From Calcarisporiella thermophila CBS 279.70 (lineage: Eukaryota; Fungi; Calcarisporiellomycota), in contig NW_027192192.1 of NCBI RefSeq assembly GCF_041956535.1, forward strand, positions 685,796 through 749,795: DNA of 64,000 nt. The letters are read 5' to 3'. A program made the position numbers and the translations under genes. Each line of letters opens with the position of its first letter. Position 1 is the first letter of the stretch. This document shows, piece after piece, positions 19,158 through 32,101 of this stretch. The notes below the pieces were generated by a model. The model had not been told where the DNA came from and made no database searches. It worked only from the letters and a program-made list of their open reading frames with translations.

Positions 19158-20691
19158 ATGGGTTGCTGTATGAGCACTGAAGACACGGAGGGCCGCCGCC
19201 GCAATGAGGAAATCGAAAATCAGCTCAAGCGTGATCGCATGCAGATGCGAAACGAAGTGAAGCTGCTTCTCCTCGGTAGGTTGGCTGCTGTTTTGTTTAC
19301 ATCTGCCGAGATGAGTCCAGGTCTTACTTTCATCTTGTTTGCTTTTCAAACTCTAGGTGCGGGAGAATCCGGCAAGTCCACCATTCTGAAACAGATGAAG
19401 CTGATTCACGACGGTGGGTACTCGAACGACGAGCGTGAATCGTTCAAGGAAATCATTTTCTCCAACACGGTGCAGGTAAAGTGTCGCCACTCGGCGGCAA
19501 CAGCCCATCTCTTACTATTTGGTAGACGATGTCACTAATCCGTTATCTATGACCTTTTTCCGTCTTAGTCAATGCGGGTCATTCTCGAGGCCATGGAAAC
19601 CATGGGTATTTCGCTTGCTTCAGACATCAGCAAACATCACGCTGGGGTCATCCTCGGGATGCCTACGCAAATCGAGAGCGATCAGCTGCCCGCAGAGGTT
19701 GGGGTTGCCATCCGCGAACTATGGCGGGACGAGGGTGTACAGGCGTGTTTCCGCCGCAGCCGCGAATATCAATTGAACGACTCGGCCAAATACTACTTCG
19801 ACGCCATTGATCGTATCTCTGCCCCGAACTATTTCCCCACCGACCAGGATGTGCTGCGCTCGCGTGTAAAAACAACAGGCATCACCGAGACCACGTTCCA
19901 CATTGGCGACCTCACCTACCGCATGTTCGACGTAGGAGGACAGCGGTCGGAGCGAAAGAAGTGGATTCACTGCTTCGAGAATGTCACCGCCATCATCTTC
20001 CTTGTCGCCATCTCCGAATACGACCAAGTGCTGCGCGAGGATGAGTCCGTCAACCGGATGCAAGAGGCGCTGACCCTGTTCGACTCCATCTGCAACTCTA
20101 GGTAATGAGTGAACGGCGAAAATCACGAGCCTACGGCTTTATTTAACCCCCATCTTTCCTGCGTATAGGTGGTTTGTCAACACCAGCATCATTCTTTTCC
20201 TCAACAAGATCGATTTATTTAAGGAGAAGCTGCCCGTCTCTCCCCTCGGCAAATACTTCCCAGACTACCAAGGCGGCAACGATTACGACGCAGCTTGCGA
20301 GTACCTTCTTGACCGCTTCGTTTCTCTGAATCAATCAGATACGAAGCAGGTGAGTTCATTCCCATGGCGAGGGTTTTTTTTTTTGTATCTTACTGACGCC
20401 GGGAATCCGCCCTTGTTTTCTTCTAGGTGTACACTCACTTTACTTGCGCTACAGACACTCAGCAGGTATGCTCACAATTTATCATCTTTAATATTATGCA
20501 ACGATCCTGATTCCTCCCCCTCCTCCTCTCTTCCCTCTGGGGCACCACTTACTTTAGGTCCGTTTCGTCATGAGTGCATGCAATGATATTATTATCCAAA
20601 ATAATCTTAAGAGGCAAGTATAGGCTGTCACTTTCCAGTCTCTTTCCACGAAACTGACCCTCCTCTTTTCTATAGCTGCGGCCTGTTGTAA
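19158..20691 (+). CDS. Heterotrimeric G-protein alpha subunit, fungal class I (GNA-1/FadA type)
   Basis: MGCCMS lipidation motif, [43 protein letters not shown] and C-terminal CGLL after a GC-AG intron. Confidence 0.96.
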
Positions 20692-21568
20692 TGGACGCGT
20701 GTTTCTTAACAAAAAACTACCTTCATGTTATGGAGGTTTCTCTCTTACATTTTTTTTATACTCTAGTACCATTTGTTCCTTATTATTACTATTATTTGCT
20801 CTTTATATAAATGTGAACGCGATTAATCTCTGCTTTGCCAGATCTCATACATGTTTTTTTTTTCTCACTCTTTACCTTGAGCACCACAATCTTTTTTTTT
20901 TCTTCACTCCTACTTTTCCTGCAGTCACTGGTCATTTTTTAGCCCCCCATAATTATCTTGTGTTATCTCTTCATTTTTTTTTTCTTCTTCTAAAGCTAAA
21001 GAGAGATCGAATTGCATTTTTTCTTAATCCTTTGGTTTTTGTTATGGTCTAGTATATTGATCACATCGATATCTTGCTGTAGGAGGGCATTTTTTTCCTA
21101 TTCGTATTTTCTTATGAATTCTAGTCTAATCCACTCTCTTCACTATTTTCTTCCTTTCGCAATGGGTTAAATTTTTTTTACTCGCCTTTGGGGAAAAGAC
21201 GTCCCAGGGTGCCAAACAAAACAAAACCAACGGCTTATCATGGTCGTAAGAATCGAAGGATCAAGGTTCTATATCGATCTCTGGCGGGCATCCACCCAGA
21301 TCCTCTGCCCCGTGCCAAAACTTCGGCTGGATTCCGTTCAACATGAACTCACAGTTTATTAGGATGTGGAGGGTGATTTCACCAAGCCGAAAATTTTATC
21401 ACGCACCCCATGCAGCCGGCGATCCAGCCATTTTTTCTCAGACGTACAAAAAAATTTTCGATAGTCCCGCGACAATAACACGGTCCCTTTTTTCCTCTCC
21501 GGCCCTTTTCCTCCCCAACCCTCTACTCGCTCCCATCTCCATCACCACTCGACATCCCCCAATCCACT

Positions 21569-22311
21569 ATGCCCTCCAAGCGCAAGTCCGAGGAATCGAG
21601 CGAGCCCGTCCGTCGTTCTGCTCGCGTCGCCTCTCGTCCTGCACAACCTACCCCCTCGGACCATCCCCCCATACCCAAGAAGAAAAAGACGGAGCCAAAG
21701 GACGCCGCCTCCAAAGAGAAACCCGTGAAGAAGGAGAACAACAAGGTTGAGAAAGAAAAAAAGAAGGAGGTGCAGGAGAAAGATGCCAAGCAGGAGAAGG
21801 AAATTAAGGAGGAGGTTGAAACGAAACCAAAGGTAGCGAATTCAGTGAAGAAATTTTCTGTCCTAGTAGAGCGCTGGTAAGTAGAGATGCCTTTACTTGA
21901 GCCCTGACGTTGTTTCGCTAATTTCTTTTTTCTTCGCTCAAAGCTCTTCTTGCACCTCTTATAAGAATCAGGCGGACCGAGTTATCAAGGCAAGTCCTCC
22001 CTATCCGAAGACGGATTACATACACCAGGAGTCGTAACCCATATTGCTTATAGGCCATCAAGGAAGTCTACCCTAATGCCGAGTGTCAATCCGTTGCAAA
22101 GCCAAGGTCCAAGTGTTTCGAGATCTATGTCAAGGATGGCGATAAAGGTAGAAAAGTGAGCGGTCCCCCTGGCTGAGACATGGTAGTAACCAGTTTGATT
22201 TCATTTTTACTAGACACGCAGGTGTGGAGTGGTAAGGATAAAGGGCCTCCCCGCAAGCTCAAATTCCCGGACAATGAGAAGGTGATTCAACTGGTGTCGG
22301 CCGAGCTCTGA
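21569..22311 (+). CDS. Selenoprotein H (Rdx family) homolog with CxxC instead of CxxU and a Lys/Glu-rich N-terminus; 4 exons
   Basis: Spliced VLVERCSSCTSYKNQADRVIKAIKEVYP..KPRSKCFEI..VWSGKDKGPPRKLKFP; the KGPPRKLKFP motif matches vertebrate SELENOH. Confidence 0.88.
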
Positions 22312-22458
22312 CACGGATTCCGCTGAGGCATGTTAATCTAATATGTGGGATGTTATATGTACTATCTATCCAGTGCAAGAATTTATTGTTATTGTGTGAT
22401 CTATTTCCTTTCGAGTGTGGCTTTAATGAATATGTGTTTCTCTGGGGCGAAGGAGGGG

Positions 22459-22482
22459 GGAGGAGGAGGAGGAGGAGGAGGA
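22459..22482 (+). repeat. (GGA)8 microsatellite
   Basis: Eight perfect GGA units read directly. Confidence 0.95.
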
Positions 22483-24002
22483 GGGAATCCTCTTTGCCCA
22501 CGAGAGCATCCGAACTGGAACTGCTAGGTATGCCTCTTTATGGAGAGGAGAGTTAGAGAATCATGTTAATTGTTCTTAATTACTGACTGCGCAAGTGAAA
22601 TCCATCTGGTATGCTCTGCTGCCTCTCGAACCACTCTTGTTACTCTAGCGTGAGTTGAACCGATGGGTCTCTTGATCTATCTTACATTTCCCATGCCCTC
22701 GCTGGGTAAAGCGAATACATTCTCCACTGGACAGGAGCTCTCTTACTAGCCCACTACTAACGTTGCTGCATCCTCGCCATGAATGGAATTTCATCCAATA
22801 CGTGCTTCACAATTCTAGTTAATCGGCTATCTTTAGGATTACTCCGTAGTGGGTTACCTTGGTTCAATTGCGACCAAGTCAGCCGAAGGAAAGAAGGGGA
22901 GCCGGATAGCCCAGGTCAAGAGAATGAATATCTATCAAGAGATACTTGCATTCATTCCTTTGAGCGAGCCATTTTGTCTTCACGAACGCATTAATGGTCT
23001 TGATGTGAGAGGTTACAGACAGATTTCCATACAATCGTTTTTTTTTTAATAATGAAACTAAGGCCGAGAGAGTGTGAAGCTCCACAATCCAAAAATGTTC
23101 CCACCAGGTCCACTTGCTTTGGCATTCTCGGAAATTCTTGGTTATGCAGGGAAGAACTTTGGTTTGGGACAATTTAATTATTTATGCTCGTCAGCCCGCC
23201 TAAATGGAAGGAGGAGCTATAGGGCAGGATTATTAATCATGAATGCGGAGAGAGAAGATGCCGCCCAATGCCAGCTGGTGTTCGATTAGAGCGAACGCAG
23301 CTTGCACTAGGCGAGAGAACCCATGGCCGAAGCCAGGGCCGGCAAGAATCCTCGCAAGCGGCTCTGTGGTTTGGACTCGAGCCCACCGTTGCTTAACTAG
23401 TAAGAAGGTAGGCTCGGATCGAGAACCGTGGGGGGCTTTATATAAGCAAGAGGCGAGCGCAGCAAGGGGCCCGCCCGAGCATAGGGCGGGCGAAATTTCC
23501 CGCTGCAACAGCGCGCCGCCATCGAGGCCCATCGGGCGGGGCATCGAGGCGAGGCGCCAATCTGCCCAGCGGCTCTCTTGACAGGTTTTATTTGGAATGC
23601 AATAAGCCTGTGCAGGCCGCGTCTTGCACCACTCTTCTCGAAGGTATCGCCACAGGGAGCCCGACACCCGTATCCCCACGATTGGGCGGAGCCGCCTGGG
23701 TCACGTTTCCCTCACGCTTTGGCGAGTGGGCCGAGTCTTCTTGCCAGACAAGGCCAGGCCTGCTTGGCATAGCAATCTTCTCGAAGCATTCTAGTATTTT
23801 TAGCGGGTGAGTTTGCTAGAGGCCCGCAAACCGAAAATGAGTTTGAGCCATCTCGCGCCAACTCGCTGACAAATGAGCCCGCGCGCGCCGACAATGCCGC
23901 ACGCGATCGTGAGCGGCAGTGCGAGGGGCAGGCGGCGCGGTGGTGGGGGAGGGGCAGCGAGGAGCAGGGCCCGGCGGGTGGCGAGGCGCGAGGGAGGGAA
24001 GC

Positions 24003-24031
24003 GCGGGCGGGCGGGCGGGCGGGCGGGCGGG
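24003..24031 (+). repeat. (GCGG)7 tandem GC-box repeat / putative G-quadruplex upstream of the APSES gene
   Basis: Seven GGG runs separated by single C, about 370 bp upstream of ATG 24398. Confidence 0.9.
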
Positions 24032-24397
24032 TTGGATTGGAGAGTGGGCTTCAGGCCCAGCGAGTGACTCCTCACAACCTTATCCTGCAATGCACTGGGT
24101 TTAGGGCGATATGTCTAGTATTTAACCGGATTCTGTTTTCGTCATTTGGAGAGCCAAGTTATGCTTTCTGGAGTCACATGGCCCCCGCTCGTCAAAGGAA
24201 CACCGAAACCGCCGGCAGCCGCAAACCTTAATTTTGGCGCGAAACCCAGCAATATAAATATGAAAGCAAAAGGTTCATTCCCATTTCCTGGTTTTGTTTG
24301 TCATCATTTCTTTCTTCCCCCATCCCCCATCCCCATCCCCATCTTCCCCCTCTCGCCCTCCGCTCTCCCCAAAATCTACTAGCATATCGCTGCTAAG

Positions 24398-25633
24398 ATG
24401 CTCGAGCCGCTCCCGACTGATAACCCTCGGTACCGGCCCTATCCGCCGACCGTTGCCACCACTCGCGTCCAGACCGCAAAATACAGCACTTCCCTCGACC
24501 TGCGCGGCTACATTCCTGGTAAATAAATAGGCCCCCATTGATCTATTGCTAGCCCACATGATTAAATTCCTCCCCCCTCTCCCCTTTCGTTTGATCGTCT
24601 AGTCTACGAATACACAATCAACGACCAGCTTATCATGTGGGACCGCGAAACCGGCGAGATCCACTTCACGGGGATCTGGAAGGCCCTCGGGAACTCCAAA
24701 GCGGAGATCATCAAAATGATTGACACAAACCCGGAGCTGCCTGTGAAGCGCATTCGCGGGGGGTTTCTCCGCATCCAGGGCACGTGGATCCCCTACGATT
24801 ATGCGCAGCTGCTTGCCCGGCGCACTTGCTACAGAATACGGGAGGAGCTGGTGCCGATTTTCGGGCCTAGCTTCCCAGACACCTGCTTGCGTCCCGACCA
24901 GCCCGGGTATGGGTGCTTGGTGCTCAACCCACACGCCGGGGGCACGAAGAGGAGCAGGCGAAGAGAGGGGAAGGAGATGGTGCGAACCGACAGCGGGACA
25001 AGCATCCGCGAGCCCATCAGCGAAGAGGTGGTGATGGAGGAGGAGGTGCTGGGGTGGGGCCGGGCACGCCCCGTCGCCTTTCGGCCGGAGGCTGCCTCTC
25101 CTCGCACCCCAACCCTCCGCACCTCCTCGTCCCCGCTGGCCAAGAGCGAATCGCCGCTTAGTCATCGAAGCCCTCGTGGGATGGACTTCCTCCTCAACGG
25201 GGACGACGACATGGAGGAGAGCAGCGAGCGGTGGAGGCCGCAGCGCTCCTACTCCTCCAGCGTGTGCGACATCCGCCCCTCCAGCTTCCCGGTCGCTCAG
25301 AGCCGCAGCCTTGACGGCACCAGCGGCGGCGGATGGCACGCTCTCCCCCCATCGCGTCCCTCCTCCACGCCCACTCGGACCCACCTCCCTCCCCCCATCA
25401 CCTTTATTCCCAAAAACCACCTGATGAACGTAGCCAACCCCACCGCCTCCTCCGAACCAAATCCATACCACCCCCCCTCCCACGACACAATAGAGGCGAT
25501 GATGGCCTCTCTGCTGCTGCAACGCCTCTCCCAGGATGACGGAAGACGCCCATTCCGGCCGTGGCACGAGACCCGGCTTCCGCGCACCGTGGTGATGGAG
25601 GATCAAGAGTTTGCCGTGGTGTGGAAAGAGTAA
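24398..25633 (+). CDS. APSES/KilA-N domain transcription factor (Xbp1-like); 2 exons
   Basis: GYIPVYEYTINDQLIMWDRETGEIHFTGIWKALG..KRIRGGFLRIQGTWIPYDYA..LVPIFGPSFP; intron ~24519-24602. Confidence 0.88.
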
Positions 25634-26226
25634 GCGTCGCCGGCACACACAGTATATATATCCACTCAGTAAATACCTATCGTTATTCCACCTCCTCATC
25701 AAGTATCATTATCTTTGTGAATTTCATTCTGTAGACGCTTTTCCCACTTCGTTTTTTTTTTTCTATTTTTCCTCTTCTTCTTTTTCTCTCTCTCTTCTTT
25801 CTTTTTCATCTTGATATTTGTGCTTTTATGTCCTTCGATATTTGTTCATTATTGTTAAAATTAATGTATATAAGTGTAGTTCTCCCTCACCACTACTGCC
25901 ATCGACTCATATCAAATGATCCAGGGTCCACCTTTTTGAGGGTTTGTTTTTGCGTATGTGTAAAAGATAAAAAAAATCCCGCTCCGTCATTTGTATTCGA
26001 ACGCAGTGATGTGTGGTTTGTTTTAAAAGCAGGGTAGAGTTTGAGTTGGGGGTGATCCCAACAAATGCTCTGCAGAAATCGCTAACGGATATTTTTTATT
26101 TACAAGGTGGAGGAGGAGTGAAAAATGCATAGTCAAATAGGACAAAATAAAAACAAAGCGCACTACAGCTATAAACAAGAGAGTAAGGAGAGCAAGGGCG
26201 GCAAAGGGGATAGCTTGGGAGAGAGG

Positions 26227-27702
26227 CTAGCTGGGTGATGGGTTCGGATACAAGAGGTATCGCCAGGGAACCACCGAGGCCACCACCCTTCGCCGTAGAT
26301 AGAACCGCTTCTTGCGCAGCTGCTCCACAACAGCTAGGGCCTGTTCCACGCCGCCTTTCGCACGATAAGCCCGCAGGATGGCCACCGTCACCCTTGGGGA
26401 AAACACTCGGTACACCGCCGAGCGGGAGAGTTGGCTCTCGAGGACCCGGGCCATCCACCCATCCAACCGCGCCGTGTCGTTTCTCTGGGCAAACCACAGG
26501 AGGATCCGGCGGGCCCATTGCTCCTCGAGCGGGAGCCCCCGATCTAGAAGCCGCGTTAGCCCCGCGTCGACCACTGCCGGATCGGTGTGCGCAAGAAATC
26601 CTTTGGCAAGTTGAGCGAGCATCTCTGGGCTCGGAGCAACCTGCATCTCCTCCACCACCTGTTCCGCGCCCTTCAAGTCGCCGTGTGAGAGATGGGCCTT
26701 CAGCAGGGTGGTGTAGGTTATCACATCAGGTAACACGGGCGCTCTCCCGTGGCTCTCCTCCCCGGCATCGGCCCTGCTCTCAAATCGTGCCATTGTCTCT
26801 TTCGCTCCGACGAGATCGCCCTTCTCCGCATATGCATTCAGCAGCCCATTCAGCATCCGAGTGTTCAACCGATCCTCCACCTCCTCCGAGATTGCTCGTG
26901 CTGTTTCGGGATCACCCCCCCGCCCAAACCCATAAATAAGCGTCCCACACACCACATCATCAACATGCAGCCCATCCTCCCGCATTTCATAAAACACGCG
27001 TTGCGCGAGCTGCATGTCGCGGGCGCGGGCACAAGCATGCAGGAGCGCACCATAAGTGCGCTTGCTCCGATTGATGTTCAGCTGATGCATGTGCCGGTAG
27101 AGGTTCCATGCATTGGTCAGATCGCCCCGGCGCGCAAGCATATTTAGAACCATGTTGTAAACTCGGGTGGCCCGCCAGCCGATCTGTTCCAAATCTCGGC
27201 ACATCCTCAGTGCGGCCTCGGCATCGCCCTCGCGTGCCAATCCCTGTACAATCCGCGCATACATCGTTTTCCGGGCAAGGATGTCTCGAGAAGTCAACGT
27301 GGATTGGATGCTCAGGTAAACATTGTATGCATCCACCGGCTTGTCCTTCAGCAAAGCGCCCATGAGCCGCTGAGCGGTCGTTTGGCAAGGTGTCCCCCCC
27401 TTCTGCAACAAAAGGCTGTGCCATCGTCGCCCTTCTCTCACCCGGTTGTGTTTCAGCAGCGACCCGATGATAGAGCTGTAGATGGAGGGGGTCGGGACAT
27501 GCCCGGTGTTATGTAGGGCACAGATCGTATTGGCCGCTTGCTCGTAGTTCTTGAGTTTGACGTGGTGTGAAAGGGCTCGAAGCAGTGTGCATTGATCAGG
27601 GGGGGTGGGTTTCACGAGCATGTGAAGCACACGCAAGCGGACCATGGTTGGAGGGCGGTGAGGCTTAATGCTCCGAGCCGCTAGATCTCGGAGCATTTGC
27701 AT
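26227..27702 (-). CDS. Pentatricopeptide repeat (PPR) protein, probably mitochondrial; intronless
   Basis: Tandem ~35-aa motifs (RVYNMVLNMLARRGDLTNAWNLYRHM, RTYGALLHACARARD, PDVITYTTLLKAH) and an Arg-rich N-terminus. Confidence 0.9.
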   Translation of the reverse strand: MQMLRDLAARSIKPHRPPTMVRLRVLHMLVKPTPPDQCTLLRALSHHVKLKNYEQAANTICALHNTGHVPTPSIYSSIIGSLLKHNRVREGRRWHSLLLQKGGTPCQTTAQRLMGALLKDKPVDAYNVYLSIQSTLTSRDILARKTMYARIVQGLAREGDAEAALRMCRDLEQIGWRATRVYNMVLNMLARRGDLTNAWNLYRHMHQLNINRSKRTYGALLHACARARDMQLAQRVFYEMREDGLHVDDVVCGTLIYGFGRGGDPETARAISEEVEDRLNTRMLNGLLNAYAEKGDLVGAKETMARFESRADAGEESHGRAPVLPDVITYTTLLKAHLSHGDLKGAEQVVEEMQVAPSPEMLAQLAKGFLAHTDPAVVDAGLTRLLDRGLPLEEQWARRILLWFAQRNDTARLDGWMARVLESQLSRSAVYRVFSPRVTVAILRAYRAKGGVEQALAVVEQLRKKRFYLRRRVVASVVPWRYLLYPNPSPS

Positions 27703-27960
27703 GGTTCACGTATTGATCAAAGAGGGATGCAATGGGTATTTTTATTAGTTTCGTATAGAAGAATGAGTAGGCAAAACTCCGCGCCACTCCTGCTCTGCTT
27801 GTTGACACTATGTGACTGTAGAAGTGGACGATTTGTTGAGTGAGCCAAATTTCATCGAGTACGAAAAATACAAGGCAAGAGCAAGAAACACCTCACACCT
27901 CCCCCCTCCCCCTTCATGGCAGCCCCTCAGCTCTTCTATATATTAAATCTATTTTTATCT

Positions 27961-29180
27961 TTAAATATTCCGTTTGATCTCCTTCCCACTCTCCAGATAT
28001 TCCTCTATATATCGCTTCACTGAACTGACCACCCCCTCCACATTCGACTCACGTCCGTAGCAGTCCACGAACTTTCCGTCAGGCCCCATCAAGTAAAAGA
28101 AGATGGAGTGGTCCACGAGATAGTCCTCGCCTTCCTCGAGATCCTTGGGAGTGGAGAAATAGACTCGGTATGCTTTTGCGGCCTTGGCGACCGCCTCATA
28201 CGACCCCGTAAGCCCAATAAGGTCGGGATGGAAATCTAGGCAGGAGAGGACAACCCAATATCAGAAGTCATATATGAAATGGAGACGGGTTATTTCAGCC
28301 TACCTTGGACATATTCTTTCACGACCTCGACGGTATCTCGCTTCGGATCGCAGGAAATGAAGATGGGAGTGATAACATTGCCCAACTTGGGATCGCCGTC
28401 TAAGTGAGAAAATCAACCGGGCAAAATGAGTCACTATAACATCCAAAGGGCCAAGTAGATTCTCTAGGAAGTCTTACTTATTTTGGTCACGGCCTCTGAC
28501 ATTTTGTCTAGCTCCTCAGGGCAAATGTCGGGACAGTGCGTAAATCCAAAGTACACTAGCAGGAAGCGGCCAAGAAAGTCTCGGTCTGTGACAGTACGCC
28601 CATTGTGGTCAATGAGTTCAAATGGCCCTCCAACCTTCGGCTTTCCCACCGACTTGGTTTGCTTTGCCTCCTCAAGACCTAAGATTAACGATTGGTTGGT
28701 CTCGTAACGGAAGGGCAATATACTGAACACTTACGCATTTTATGTAATCTTTCTTTTTCATTTTTGAAATACACCATCAACCCAACGCCAGTGGTTACAA
28801 AGAGAGCCAAAGCTTTCCATGTGAAGGGCTATTATATATATAAATTAAAAGCAAAAAAAAAAAAGAAGGTGCAATTTGATATTTAAATAAATCGATTTGT
28901 AAGCATCCAATGTACACCTTCATTATAATATGACAGCAACTTACACCAACGGCCGCTCGCTCTCTAATGGCACTCGTGGTTTTAACCTTTTTCTGCTCCT
29001 GCCACGGGGCCTGCGAGTAGCGACGCGAAAATTGAACAAGCTGCGTTCTCTGGGGCTTGATCTATAGAGAATAGGAGGTAGGATGTCGTTAATTATAACA
29101 GCAAGCTGCAACGATCAGTGTATGAACTAGAGACGTGCCTGATTAAGGCGAGATTTCAGCGCTGTAAATCGGCCCAACAT
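27961..29180 (-). CDS. SCO1: SCO1/SCO2 copper chaperone for cytochrome c oxidase
   Basis: GKPKVGGPFELIDHNG, YFGFTHCPDICPEELDKM, DYLVDHSIFFYLMGPDG and a presequence-like MLGRFTALKSRL. Confidence 0.95.
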
Positions 29181-29402
29181 CTTTATTCTAGTATGGGATG
29201 ACTAGGGCCAGTCCTCGAGTCTCACCTTGTATTTTCTCTGTGACTTGCCGTGACTGCATTTTGCTTCAATGAGCGAGATCATCTTTGATCAATTTTCCAC
29301 ATATGATTATCTCGAGAGATAAAATGGCTATTTTCAATTGAATCTTCTCGCTTCTTTCTCTCTCTACATTAAACCATAGGAAATCATTTCTCTTTTAGCA
29401 TA
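29181..29402. promoter_or_regulatory. Bidirectional promoter between SCO1 and LYS12
   Basis: Divergent ATGs about 222 bp apart. Confidence 0.65.
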
Positions 29403-30795
<1,393 letters not shown>

Positions 30796-31245
30796 TTTTA
30801 TTTAGAATGATAGAGCCAAATAAAAAGTCTTTTCGCCCTAGGGGGAGAGGGTGTCTACTCCGCATTTCCACCCTAAGTTCTAAATTCCAAAATTCCCATT
30901 CCCTCTCGCTGCTCAAATTGGAACGAGAAAGCTGCAGTCCCAAGGAAATCAAAGCCACCCATAGTCGAGGGTAGGCAAATCTCGTCGCTTTTGCACAATA
31001 AACAAAAAAAATAAAACACCAACGAAAGAGCGCCTTTATCATTTCCTTCTCTCTTTTTTTCTGTTCCGTTGGGCATCTGTACTCCTCCTTCACGAAGGAA
31101 CTAATTTTACGTAAGTTGCATGCCGCCGATTCACTCCGCGTTGAGGCGTGGGATCGCCATCCGCGATGGGCCTAATCCCGTTCTCATCTAACATTCCATA
31201 TTGACCTGTAAACATAATCTAGAATCGAAAAGAAAACCACAGAAA

Positions 31246-31820
31246 ATGACCCCTGAGAAACTCGCCAAGCTCCAGTCCCAGGTGCGCCTCGGTGGCAAGG
31301 GTACTCCCCGCCGCAAGGTCAAGAAGGTTCACAAGGCCACTGGCACCGACGACAAGAAATTGCAGGGTGTTCTCAACAAGCTTGGTGTGCAGACCATTCC
31401 TCAGATCGAGGAAGTGAACATGTTCAAGGAAGACGGAAACGTCATTCACTTTAGCGTGCCCAAGGGTAAATATTTGCTGGCGAATTTTTGGAATTGTCTG
31501 TGAGGGCTCTCCTCCTTAGGCATATTTTCTGACTACTTGTATTGTGCGTAGTCCAAGCGGCCATTAGTGCTAACACCTTCGCCATCTATGGCCAAGGTGA
31601 GGAGAAGGAGCTCACCGAGCTTGTCCCCGGAATCCTGAACCAGCTTGGCCCCGACTCGCTGGCAAGCCTGCGCAAATTGGCTGAGGCATACCAGAGCGCA
31701 CAAGCCGCCGCTGGTCAGAAGGGTGAGGATGATGTGCCCGAGCTGGTGGAGAACTTTGAAGCTGCGATGAAGGTTGAGGAGGAGAAGGAGAAGAGCGGTG
31801 AGCAGGAGAAGAGCGAATAA
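31246..31820 (+). CDS. EGD1: Nascent polypeptide-associated complex beta subunit (BTF3)
   Basis: [42 protein letters not shown] and [11 protein letters not shown]; probable 5'UTR intron 31110-31222. Confidence 0.95.
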
Positions 31821-32101
31821 GGGGAACTGGGATTTTTTTGTATTGGATTGTAAAGTGACGAAAAAAAAAAGATTCCATGGATGGAATATGGCATCTTATT
31901 GTTTTTGATCAATGGATTTTTTTTTTCTCTCCCCTAAAAAATACTCGGGTGTCTTTGTTTTAGTGGATAAGACTTTCTATTATTACTATTATTGCTTTTT
32001 TACAATCGCGCCTCTCCCTGTTTTCTCGGCCAAGTTCTTCCCCCATAAGACAAAAAACGGGAGAAAACAACTCTCGACGAGGAGGGGAAAAATCGAACAG
32101 T

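Noticed and set aside
22312-22445. Possible SECIS element in the 3'UTR of the SELENOH-like gene (GUGAU..UGAA)
   Set aside because: Helix II is poor, there is no apical AA, and the gene has no in-frame UGA to recode.
24599-25702. 367-aa minus-strand ORF, and similar overlapping ORFs in PSD2, Myb, RAD4 and the Zn2Cys6 gene
   Set aside because: Stop-codon scarcity in GC-rich coding DNA; low-complexity translations.
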